A stretch of 63,161 nucleotides of DNA, filler included, from Octopus bimaculoides (lineage: Eukaryota), in assembly GCF_001194135.2 (NCBI RefSeq). It is 5 parts of 4 records of this genome, joined end to end, with 100 filler letters (N's around TTAATTAATTAA, not from the genome) between each part and the next. Parts side by side here need not be neighbours in the genome. Positions count along the whole stretch, not along the records: positions 44,983 to 57,363 come from NC_068996.1; positions 57,464 to 63,161 come from NC_068997.1; 3 more parts are not named here. One strand, given 5' to 3'. The position numbers and the translations under genes were made by a program. Positions 52,938 through 63,161 of the stretch are shown here, in pieces (the first letter of the stretch is position 1; the number at the start of each line of letters is the position of its first letter). The notes beneath the pieces are model-generated. The model saw nothing but the letters and a program-made list of their open reading frames with translations. It was not told where the DNA came from and made no database searches.

Positions 52938-54159
52938 GAGAGATAGAGTACGATGAAAATAAGTAAATAAATAAAATACAATGAAATAAAAATGGAAAAA
53001 AAAAATGTAAAGTGGAAAGAGAAAAACAGTTTCCATTCAAGTCCACTCTCTGTCCCTGTTGGCCGTAATTTCTCACTCTCTAAATGATATCTGACACTGT
53101 TGAGTTGTTATTTTAGTCTAACCCAAAGGGCATCTGTATCTATAGGTTTTTACTACGAACCTTTTGCTGTTTTTAAAGACATATTGTATTACAAGCAAAA
53201 GTGAACGAGGTGTAAATACGACGAAGTTCAAGAAAACACCGCAAGGGAGTGCTATAAGTTTTTCTTTTACTTTCCCTTATTCTTTTACCTTTTTCTCACC
53301 ACCTCTTTTCTTTTTCTTCTTTTTCTTTCACAAATTGTTTCTAATTTCAGCTGCAGAAAGAAAGTTCAAGGTCGCCGGATCATCACGGGACCGGTCATAT
53401 ATCTCTCGCTAGATATTCTAGAAAGTGCTAACGCAAGAAAACTTAAAATCCCTGGTCTTACCAACAACATCATTATTGGTTTCGATTCCCTGTTGGAACC
53501 GGTTCACTTACTTCGCTCATACGCCTGGGAGAGGCAAGAACGCCATTAGCGTCTCATAGGCACTCCCGCTCTCCACCTTCCCCGTCTGCTAATGAAAGAA
53601 ATTTGTTGTCAATGCATATGCAAAAACTCATTAATTCGCTTGGGGAATGTCATATACGCCACAGTTCCTTTTATTATATTCTTCTTTACCCCTAAAATAA
53701 TATTTGCATGCATATGAGAGGAATCCTTGTTGCACTAAGGAGATGCAGTGAAATGCAAATTCGATGGAGTAGAAGAGAAAAATGTGAGACATTTTGCTTT
53801 CGTGACTTCAATGTCGGTGTTTAAATATCCGGTATTTCTGGTATATCGCAGGTTATACGTTAAATCCGCAGTCCAGCCAAAAACACCACCACCGCCAACA
53901 ACAACAACAATCAGTGTCGTCTACAACACCACCGCCACCACCACCACCTCACCACCACATCTTTTCGTGTGGTTATCACCTCAAAATTATTTTGAAATAA
54001 GTCAATACCAACTCGTCTTGTGAAAGCAAAGATCGCTCAGGCAAACGCTATCCTCTGGGTTTCAGTGCTTCTTATTGCAGACGCAGTTGAACCNNNNNNN
54101 NNNNNNNNNNNNNNNNNNNNNNNNNNNNNNNNNNNNNNNNNNNNNNNNNCACACACACA

Positions 54160-54396
54160 CACAAGGCGGCGAACTGGCAGAAACGTTAGCACGCCGGCCG
54201 AAATGCTGAGCGGTATTTCGTCTGCCGCTACGTTCTGAGTTCAAATTCCGCCGAGGTCGACTTTGCCTTTCATCCTTTCGGGGTCGATCAAATAAGTACC
54301 AGTTACGCACTGGGGTCGGTATAATCGACTTAATCCGTTTGTCTGTCCTTGTTTGTCCCCTCTGTGTGTAGCCCCTTGTGGGTAGTAAAGAAATAA
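54160..54396 (+). mobile_element. SINE family B variant with Tx1-type tail
   Basis: Family B head and body, then ttaatccgtttgtctgtccttgtttgtcccctctgtgtgtagccccttgtgggtagtaaagaaat. Confidence 0.9.
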
Positions 54397-54448
54397 CACG
54401 CACACACACACACACACACACATATTTCCATATAAATGTATGTATGTA

Positions 54449-54487
<39 letters not shown>

Positions 54488-54751
54488 TATACGTTTAGAT
54501 GTACGTATATATATATATAATGAGTCTTGGGGTCGATTTCTTCGAATAAAGAACCCGTTAAGGCACTACTCTAGTATGGCCGCAGTCAGACTAAAAGAAT
54601 AAAAGAATATGTTGTATGTGTGTGAAATGTTAACTATTTCTTATATGTAGGTATGTATGTAGTATTTGTATAAGTCATAAAGAATGAGAGATGAGGAATT
54701 ATGTACATTATTTACATTTGACGGATATTTCTCCTCATCTTGTTCGTTGTT

Positions 54752-54797
54752 AACACAACGTTTCGGCTGATATACCCTCCAGCCTTCTTCAGGTGTC
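54752..54797 (-). ncRNA. Minimal type I hammerhead ribozyme motif
   Basis: gacac-CUGAAGA-a-ggcug(gaggguauau)cagcc-GAAA-CG-UU-guguu. Intact core, 5-bp stems I and II, palindromic ACGU in place of stem III as in PLE minimal HHRs. Confidence 0.75.
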
Positions 54798-54845
54798 TTG
54801 GGGAAATTTCGGACCTGGGTTCTCATTCCTAAGATATCTTTTCGA

Positions 54846-55060
54846 TCTTCTTCTTCTTCTTCTTCTTCTTCTTCTTCTTCTTCTTCTTCTTCTTCTTCTT
54901 CTTCTTCTTCTTCTTCTTCTTCTTCTTCTTCTTCTTCTTCTTCTTCTTCTTCTTCTTCTTCTTCTTCTTCTTCTTCTTCTTCTTCTTCTTCTTCTTCTTC
55001 TTCTTCTTCTTCTTCTTCTCCTCCTCCTTCTTCTTCTTCTTTTTCTTCTTCTTCTTATTA
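54846..55060. repeat. (TTC)n microsatellite inside the HHR element
   Basis: Direct reading. Confidence 0.97.
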
Positions 55061-55119
55061 TTATTATGATTATCATTATTATTTTTCAGGTCACTGCCTG
55101 GAATCGAACTCGGAATCTT

Positions 55120-55137
55120 GGGCATAGGGAGTAGTGA

Positions 55138-55194
<57 letters not shown>

Positions 55195-55290
55195 CAACAT
55201 CGAAAAGATACCTTAGGAATGAGAACCCAGGTTTGAAATTTCCCCAAGACACTTGATGAAGGCTGGGAGGTATATCAGCTGATATACCTC
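55120..55290 (+). mobile_element. Inverted second copy of the HHR element, core broken
   Basis: agtgacctg-(AAT)n-atcgaaaagataccttaggaatgagaaccc...gacacTTGATGAaggctg...cagct, ending in a 24-bp perfect palindrome. Confidence 0.75.
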
Positions 55291-55324
55291 ATGAGTTACA
55301 TAGATGAAAGTACCAGACCTAGAG

Positions 55325-55605
55325 GTTAAGATGTTGCACTCACGATCGCAAGATCGTGGTTTCGATCCTGGGCGGTGCGTTGTGTTCTTGAGGAAAACAC
55401 TTCATTTCATGTTGCTCCAGTCCTCTCAACTGTAAATGAATTCCAGCAACAGCTGGAAAGTTAAACCTGCGATGAACAGGCGTCCCGTTTAGTGGAGTAG
55501 CACGTGGGGGCGCTGTTTTAATCTCTTTCACTTAAACTCCATAGAAGCCATGTTAAGGCCCGGCCCTTTAACACCTGGGACTGATGACAAACCCATGTCT
55601 GTCAA
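55325..55605 (+). mobile_element. SINE family C-like copy
   Basis: gtggtttcgatcctggg...gtgttcttgaggaaaacacttcatttcatgttgctccagtcc. Confidence 0.75.
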
Positions 55606-57047
55606 CTAACCACGAATTAGTTTTGCGCAGCGACGCCAAATGTAGGCTTACTGAATGTCTAATATTTAAATATTTACATGTTATGCACCCTAAACACACA
55701 CAAACTGTCTCAGTACTTTAATATATGTATTGCGTGGGTGTGTGCGTGCGTTTATATGAGTTTAAGTGGGTGTACTAATGTAGGTTAGTGGTGATTAAGA
55801 TCAGCTGTAATTAATAGACAGTTAATTACATCGTTGATTTTATACATCACAGATTTTATAGCGAAGATTTTTTTTCCTTTTTTTTTTTGGCTTTTTGTTT
55901 TGTTCGTTTTCTTAACATAGGAAAGAAGTTAAATTCAGTTTAATATACACGATGAGGGTCAGCACCCAAAAGAGCTGATTGTCTGTAGGCGGTTTCTGCA
56001 ATGTTAGCGAGATTTAGCGTTTACTAGTCAATCCCAGACGACCAGACGATTCTTCCTGTAAAAGAAAGAAGAGAAAAAGAAAAATAAAGAAAGAGAGAAG
56101 AAAAGGAAGATGGATAAATTATATGAAAAAATAACAAAACAAACATCAAAAGACCGGAATTTCGCTGACGATAATTGTCCTACGAAATTATGATGTCTGC
56201 GCCGCGGCCTCCGCCGTCGCTGTTGCGTCTATTATAATCATAAGAAGTATTTTTGCTTTGTTATGTATGAAATAAAATCAACATCGGTGCCACTCTGTTA
56301 ATTATTCTTTAAGATACATGTCTATTTCAAACAACTACAAACATCGTTCGATATATAGCCTCAGAATAAAGGTTTCACAGCATTTAATTCTAGAAATATC
56401 TTCATATACGTTCATCCTTTTGGAGTCGATAAATTAAGTACCAGTTTAGCGATGGAGTTGATGTAATTGACTGGTCTCCTCGCCAACAATTTATGGCCTT
56501 GTGCATATAGCAGAAAAGATTATTCAAGTTTCATTTGAAAAGGAAAGTGAAAGTGGTGTGTGAGGTGTTGTCCTCGAATGTATTTACTGAAAGATGGGTG
56601 AAGGTTGCGAAAATGGCACGAGTGGATTGTACCACTCTAAGGGTAGTCCTGTGAATCAGAGAAACGGAATTGGGGAGGGCACTTGCCCTTGGTGTTCGGG
56701 AGATCTTGGACAAATGTTTAAAAAGTTTCCTTGGCAACATACAGTTCCACTTTCGATTCTGCAGCGTTAAACTTTAGGCAAGTGCCATTTCCTTTAACAT
56801 CGAATCGATGTAAATGAAAGTAGTTAGACACAAACTAATGACCGATGACAGTCGGATGGATTGCATGGGTAAAAACATAAGTTCAAGCTTTGGAACATCG
56901 ACCCCTGTAGAATGCACCTGAGAATCACATTTAGGGGATATATGTGTATGGAATGAGTAACCATTTAAATGCTAATTCAATGAGTTTGGTCGTTCAGTTG
57001 TTCAAACACACGTCGGAAATTCGTACCGATCTCCATTCATGAACGCG

Positions 57048-57090
<43 letters not shown>

Positions 57091-57124
57091 TTCTAATATA
57101 AGCATAAGGCCTGACATTTTAAGG

Positions 57125-57280
57125 GAGAGTTGATTATCTTGGTCCCAGTGTGCAACTGGTACTTATTTCATCGACCCCGAAACAATAAAGAGCAAAGTCA
57201 ACCTCGACAGAATTTGCAATCAGACGAAATGAAGCTAAATATTTTGCTCGGAGTACAAATGATTCTGCTAGCTCGCTGCC
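57125..57280 (-). mobile_element. SINE family B, decayed
   Basis: cccagtgtgcaactggtacttatttcatcgaccccga...caaagtcaacctcg. Confidence 0.8.
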
Positions 57281-57499
57281 TTACACACACGCACACACAC
57301 ACACACATACAGGCATACACACGCAGGCACACACACGCGCACGCACATACACACACACAGTCANNNNNNNNNNNNNNNNNNNNNNNNNNNNNNNNNNNNN
57401 NNNNNNNTTAATTAATTAANNNNNNNNNNNNNNNNNNNNNNNNNNNNNNNNNNNNNNNNNNNNTATATATATATATATATGCATGTCTACACATGTCCA

Positions 57500-58200
57500 T
57501 CCCTCGTCGACTTTGTTTCCTCATAACTTACAGAAAAATAAAATTTGGGGAATGAAATTTTCTACAAATATGCTCCAGATGGTGTAGATTCCGATTATAT
57601 CGGAATTTGTTGTGGAAGAATGTGTTCATAATGGAAAGGCCATTTCCAGTATAGAAGACTAGTAAGGCCTCTTCATTCACATTGAACTTAGGGTCACCGT
57701 TCCTCCCAATCACTTGCTTCCATGTCTGGTGATCAGTGCCAATATGTGCATTGAAGTCTCCTTGGTCTTAATGATATCTAAAGCTGCCATGAATTCCTTA
57801 AGGAAGAATTTGTATTTAGCCTGACTGTTGGGTACATATACATGCAATAGCTACATTGGTCCTTCTTTTTGTCTAAATTTCAAGAGACAAATCCTCTCAG
57901 TGGGATCCACTCTACAACACAATCCAACAGCTGGGATTTGTGAGTATCCCTACTCGTACCTCCACCTGACTAGGGAAGTTTCCACTTGCCATCCAAGTCT
58001 ACAGAACCAGAGCCATGGAACCTGGTAGAGGACACCAATATCTAGCTGGTGGTGTTTGGCCTCCTCCACTAATTTCTGCTCTTTACCCATAAGGGTAAGG
58101 GTTGTAAACTCCCAATTATTAACAGTTGTTCCCTCTTGGACCCACCTCAAAGTCCTGGGACACACATCCTTTGTGCTTTCACCCTACACGTCCTAAAACA
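57500..58200 (-). mobile_element. RTE-clade LINE 5' part (APE endonuclease), decayed
   Basis: TLMGKEQKLVEEAKHHQLDIG; GDFNAHIG encoded near 57770-57745; IGRNGDPKFN...GLSIMNTFFH. Confidence 0.8.
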
Positions 58201-59464
58201 AGTTGCATGCTTATAGCTTGCTGTGCTAGCATTGTTTGGAGATTGTTATATAATTTTTGAATGGACTCCTTCGTCTAAGATCCAAATGTGTCTCTTGTTA
58301 ATCTGTATGGTTATGGTTATCCTTTCAAATCACTTTCATATTGCAGTTTTTGGTATTCATACCAGACACATATACATGTATGTCTATATATGCGTGTGCA
58401 TATGTATGTATATGCATGCGCGCGTGTGTGTGTGTGTGTGTGTATAACAATGTATAACAAATATGAAACAGGGCTACATTCAAAGAAACTTTTCTTAAGA
58501 GACTGCATGAACTCACTCAGAATGATGCTAGTAAATCATCAGATACCAGTGTTTCAGCTTGATTTGCCCTATTCGGTGAGGAACACACTCAAAAAATTTG
58601 GAGCTAAGTCAGAACTTTCATTTCCATGCAGGAATCAACAAACAAAACATTCACTGATTTGTACACAATCTGACCTGGTTTAAATTAAATCTCAAAAATA
58701 CAAAAAACTGTTAAAATTGCATTTTTTTTTCAACACTTCACATTTTCCATTTCAGAATACATAACCAGCTATAATTTTTACACCTCTGGCATTTTTCCCC
58801 AAAGTTTTTTTTCTTCTAAATTACATCTACCTATTGCTCGTATTTCTATTCACCCTATCTCGTTATTACTCATAGCTTTCCATCTCCTCTCAGCCTTTGC
58901 TGATAATATCTTCATCACTCTGCCCACTTGCCCTTCAGTGGTCCTACTCATAGGAGACAGCATTAGCCTACTACCATCTTGCCCCCACCCTCCAATACAC
59001 TAACTTCCTTATGGTGTGCTGCCAGCCAGCACTCTCTCTCGGGACCACTTCTGTCGCCACTCTTCACCTACTCTCAACTTTACCTCATCATCCACCTCTA
59101 CTTTTGTCCACCTCTGCTATTGCTAATCACTTACACTCACCTCTACACAACTCTAAATATCTCTACATCGTTCCCATTATTCTCTTGTTCCTTCCATCCT
59201 CCAACTCATTCTGGTCCTTCTGATGTGAATGTTCTTTCTCTTCTTTCTCTCCAATTCCTTTCCTTGGTCCCTGTATATATGTTTACTCTCTAATTTAATG
59301 AGTGCTCTCTATACCTACATTTACTCCCCTATCCTCATCTTTCAAATGCCCGTTTCTGGTCTTTCCATATCCATTGCCCTTTTCCAAATTTACAAGGCTC
59401 CCTCCCCACCACTTACTATTCACATTGTAAAGTGGTTAGCCATATGAGCAGAGGAAATGTAGAG

Positions 59465-59725
59465 TTATGAAGTCCTTCCAGTCCTGTCTCACCAAAGGAC
59501 TATTCAACCACCCTCATGTTGGTGTCACAAGAAAATGCACACAGTACAATCTGTAAAATGGTTGGTGTTAGGAAGAGCATCCAGCCATAGAAACCAAGCC
59601 AAATGACATATACAAGTACCTAATCTTTAGGGGCTCACTATGGGGTGTAACTGAAACCATGATGACCCATCCAACTTATGCCAACATTAAAAGTAACATA
59701 AAAATGATGATGATGATGATGACAA
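59465..59725 (+). mobile_element. Family D (RTE-tail) SINE-like copy, decayed
   Basis: ggttggtgttaggaagagcatccagccatagaaacc...acccatccaacttatgccaac...aaaatgatgatgatg. Confidence 0.7.
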
Positions 59726-60039
59726 CAATGAGTATTAAACATGGCTTACAATACTGCAAGAAAAACTTTGGTTTACACTTGGAGGTTTTGGATTAGATTA
59801 GGGATTAGGGTTGAAGTTTAATGTTAGGCTCTAAAGTTTAAGATTAGTTACATGGACAGAGAAAAAACTTAAAGTTCAGTTTGTAAGGATTATTTTTACA
59901 CACACTCATAATACTCAATATTTAAAACTTATAATCCACTCAGAAAAAATTCTAAAAAGGCTAAAACTTAAACAGGTATGGGAGGGAAGAGGGTTCAGAT
60001 TGCAAAATTCAGTTATATATTGTATAACTAATGTACATC

Positions 60040-63000
60040 AATCATCATCATCATTATCATCATCATTTAACGTCTACTTTCCATGATGGCATGGGTTGGA
60101 CGGTTTGACAGAGGACTAGCAAGCCAGGAGAATGCACCAGGCTCCAGTCTGTTCTAGCAAGGTTTCTACAGCTGGATGCCCTTCCTAACGCCAACCACTC
60201 TGAGAGTGTAGTGGGTGATTTTTACATGCCACCGGCACGGGGGCCACTCAAGTGGCACTAGCATTGACGTATGGTGCTTTATATGTGCTACTGGCACAGG
60301 AGCCTATCAGGTGACACTGGCATCATCCATGCTCGAATGGTATTTTCTACGTACCACCAGCACAGGAGCCACTCAATCGGCACTGGCATTAACCACACTT
60401 GAATGGTGCTTTTTATGTGCCACCAGCACTGGCATCGGCCATGCTCGAATGGTGCTCTTTATGTGACACTGACATCAGTTACATTGGTACTAGCATCATC
60501 CACAACGATTTCACTTGACTCAAGAAGTCTTCTCAAGCACAGCATATTGCCCAACAATTGAAGGATACTTTTAAGCAGGCTGGTTATGTGACACTGGCAT
60601 TGGCCACAGCTATGATCTCACATGGCTTGCCGGGTCTTCTTAAGCATAGCATATCTCCAAAAGTTTCGCCCGCTTCTCGTTGACGCTGTGAGGCCCAATG
60701 TTCAAAGGTCGTGCTTCACCACCTCATCCCAGGTCTTTCTGGGTCTACCTCTTCCACAGGTTCCCTCCACTGTTAGGTGTGGCATTTCTTCACACAACTG
60801 TCCTCGTCCATATGCAACACATGACCATACCAGCGCAGTCGTCTCTCTTGCACACCACATCTGATGCTTCTTATGTTCAACTTTAATCTCAGGGCACTTA
60901 CACTCTGTCGTGTATGCACACTGACATTACACATCCAGCAGAGCATACTAGCTTAATTTCTTTCAAGCCTACACATGTCCTCAGCAGTCACAGCCCATAT
61001 TTCACTGCCGTGTAGCATGGCTGTTCATACACATGCATCATACAGTCTACCTTTCACTCTGAGCAAGAGGCCCTTACCTCTTTGAACTCTGCCCAGGCTG
61101 TTCTTATTCTAGCAGCTACACTGTCAGCTACTGACTTGGTCACCTAGGTAACAGCAGCTATCAACAATTAATTTTTTCCCCTGGCATGTGATGGAATCTG
61201 TTTTCTGTACATCAGTATTTATTGCCTCTGTGCATCTGCCACACACAAAAACTATCTTCCTTTGATATTGCTGCATTTATGTGTCCATAGCTTACACCAG
61301 GTACATCTTATGGAGTTTCTACCTATGCCTTTTCTACAAATTGAGCAGGGCTATCTACCTGAAGGGATTTGTGATTTGTCTGCCTTCCCACTTACTAAGA
61401 CTTTGGTTTTTGCTAGATTGACTCTAAAGCCCTTTGATTCTAGACTTTGCTTCCACACCTGAAACTTCTCCTCTAGTTCTGGTAATGACTCAACTATTAG
61501 AGCAAGATCATCAGCATCCAGGAGCAGGGGCAGAGGGCTGAGGACTGATCTTTGGTGAAACCCTAATTCTGCCCAGAATTCTTCACTATACTTGTTACCA
61601 AAGCTCACCTTACAGGCAGCTTTCGTGTACATGGCTTGTACAGCTCTCACCAACTGCTCATCTATCCCTAGTTTCCACATTGACCACCATATAAGGGATC
61701 GGGGGGGGGGGCTGTCAAAGGCTTTCTCCATGTCAACGAAAGTCGAGCTCAGAGGTTTATCTTTGGCTGTCCTACCAGAAATATAGCATCAGTGGTGCTT
61801 CTCTCTGGCACAAACCCAAACTGCATCTCGTCTAAACTAACTCTCTCCCTAATTAGTTGGGCTATGACCCTCTCCGTGACTTTCATCACCTGATCCAACA
61901 ATTTGATACTTCTGTAATTATTCCTGTTTAAAGCATCATCTTTACTCTTGTAGCAGTTGACTATGGTGCTGCTACACCGGTCATTGGGTATGACTCCTTC
62001 ATGGATCACCTGGTTAACTATATGGGTGACTAAACTATAGCCTACACCACCAGATATTTTAAGCATCTCTGCAGTAATTCCTGATGGGCCAGGGCCTTTC
62101 ACTGTCTTCATACCCTTAATTGTTTTATCTACCAAGGTACTGTCAAATAGCTGGTCCTTCTCTTGGGCCAACATTTAGCAGACTCTCTTTCTTCCATTCA
62201 TTCTCTTCTTTTAGCAACCTTTCATAGAGACATCTCCAAGTCTCTCTCTTTGCAGCCTCATTAAATGCAAGTAAGCCATCATCCATGCGGATACATTTCT
62301 CTCCTATGACATCACGATTCTCTCTTGCACACTGTCTTGCAATACAAAACACTTCAAGTTTCTGGTTTTCACGATGCAGAACATTGGCAAATTTTTTCTC
62401 ACCTGCTTCCTCTCTGGCTAAGTAAACCTGCCTCCTAGCTTCCCTTCTGATGATTGGATACCATTCCATGCTACCACTGCACTTCCAGTCCCTCCATGCC
62501 TGTTTCTTTTCCCTAATGGCCCTGTCAACTACATTGTTCCACCACCAAGTTACCTTAGGTTGAGAGGGGACTTTGCATCAGCCACAGATCTGGTCAGTGG
62601 CCCTTAACAGGTTGTCCCATAGGAACCTCCAGTTGTCCTCCACATTATGTGATGCTATAGCCTCCTCTTTTTCATCAACAGCTTCAAGTAATGTCTTTAA
62701 ATCAAAGGATCCTTAAGCTTCCAGACCCTTCTTCTCCATGCTGGTTGTCTTCTGGGCATCCATTTAGTCCTGATCCTGAAGTCACTAACTACTAAACTAT
62801 GTTGTGGTGTGCATTCTTCACCTGGGAAGGTTTTGACATTTATAAGTAGCCGTCTTTCCTGTTTTCTGGTGAGAATGTAGTCAATCCGAGTAGTGTGCCC
62901 ACCAGACTGGTAGGTGAACAGGTGACTGGCAGGTTTCCTGAAGTTAGTATTACAGATCATAAGATCATTTGCATCACAGAACTCAAGCAGCCTGGTTCCC

Positions 63001-63118
63001 TCCTCATTGCAGGAACCAAATCTGTAGCCACCATGTACACCATGGAAGCTTCCATTCGTTGATGAGGTAGTCTGCAAGAGGGTGTCATACTGCCCAGTGT
63101 AATGATCACTTCCTCTGT
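60040..63118 (-). mobile_element. RTE-clade LINE, 5'-truncated (APE C-terminus, RT, 3' UTR, (ATG)n tail), disrupted
   Basis: GYRFGSCNEEGTRLL, NTNFRK, IDYIL, QHSLVV (APE); GPSGITAEML, NYRSIKLL, QFGFVP, DMEKAFD, LDADDLALI, NLAKTK (RT). Stop near 60621. Multiple frameshifts. Confidence 0.95.
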
Positions 63119-63161
63119 AATGATCACTATATCTGTGTGTATATATATACATATATATATA

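Larger units (their letters stand above)
54685..55119 (-). mobile_element. tRNA-headed short element with hammerhead ribozyme tail (copy 1)
   Basis: Minus strand: B-box gagttcgattcc, (AAT)n/(GAA)n body, conserved arm, HHR motif. Confidence 0.7.

Noticed and set aside
48408-55200. Poly-S, L, K, R or E ORFs
   Set aside because: Translations of trinucleotide microsatellites.

Overview
AT-rich, gapped eukaryotic genomic DNA, most likely Octopus or another coleoid cephalopod. That assignment is inferred from my recognition of the SINE families and the dense (TA)n/(CA)n/(TATC)n/(TTC)n microsatellites, not from a database search. No intact host protein-coding exon can be supported, and most listed ORFs are microsatellite, N-gap or antisense artefacts. 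The window is a transposon graveyard: at least five SINE-like families, RTE and Tx1 LINE fragments, two Penelope-like elements (Neptune-type and Naiad-type), an internally deleted mariner, MITEs and LTR remnants. Five observations stand out. (1) A tRNA-headed, microsatellite-bodied short element carries a minimal type I hammerhead ribozyme and occurs as a head-to-head inverted dimer (54.7-55.3 kb). (2) A 1.66 kb ORF1-only Tx1-type element with a 9-bp TSD is inserted exactly at the 3' tail of another Tx1 LINE (12.1-14.7 kb). (3) A SINE subfamily has acquired the Tx1 3' tail. (4) A 584-bp MITE with 8-bp TSD contains a perfect 72-bp inverted repeat around head-to-head telomeric repeats (15.2-15.8 kb). 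(5) CpG decay of repeats suggests methylated domains at both window ends.
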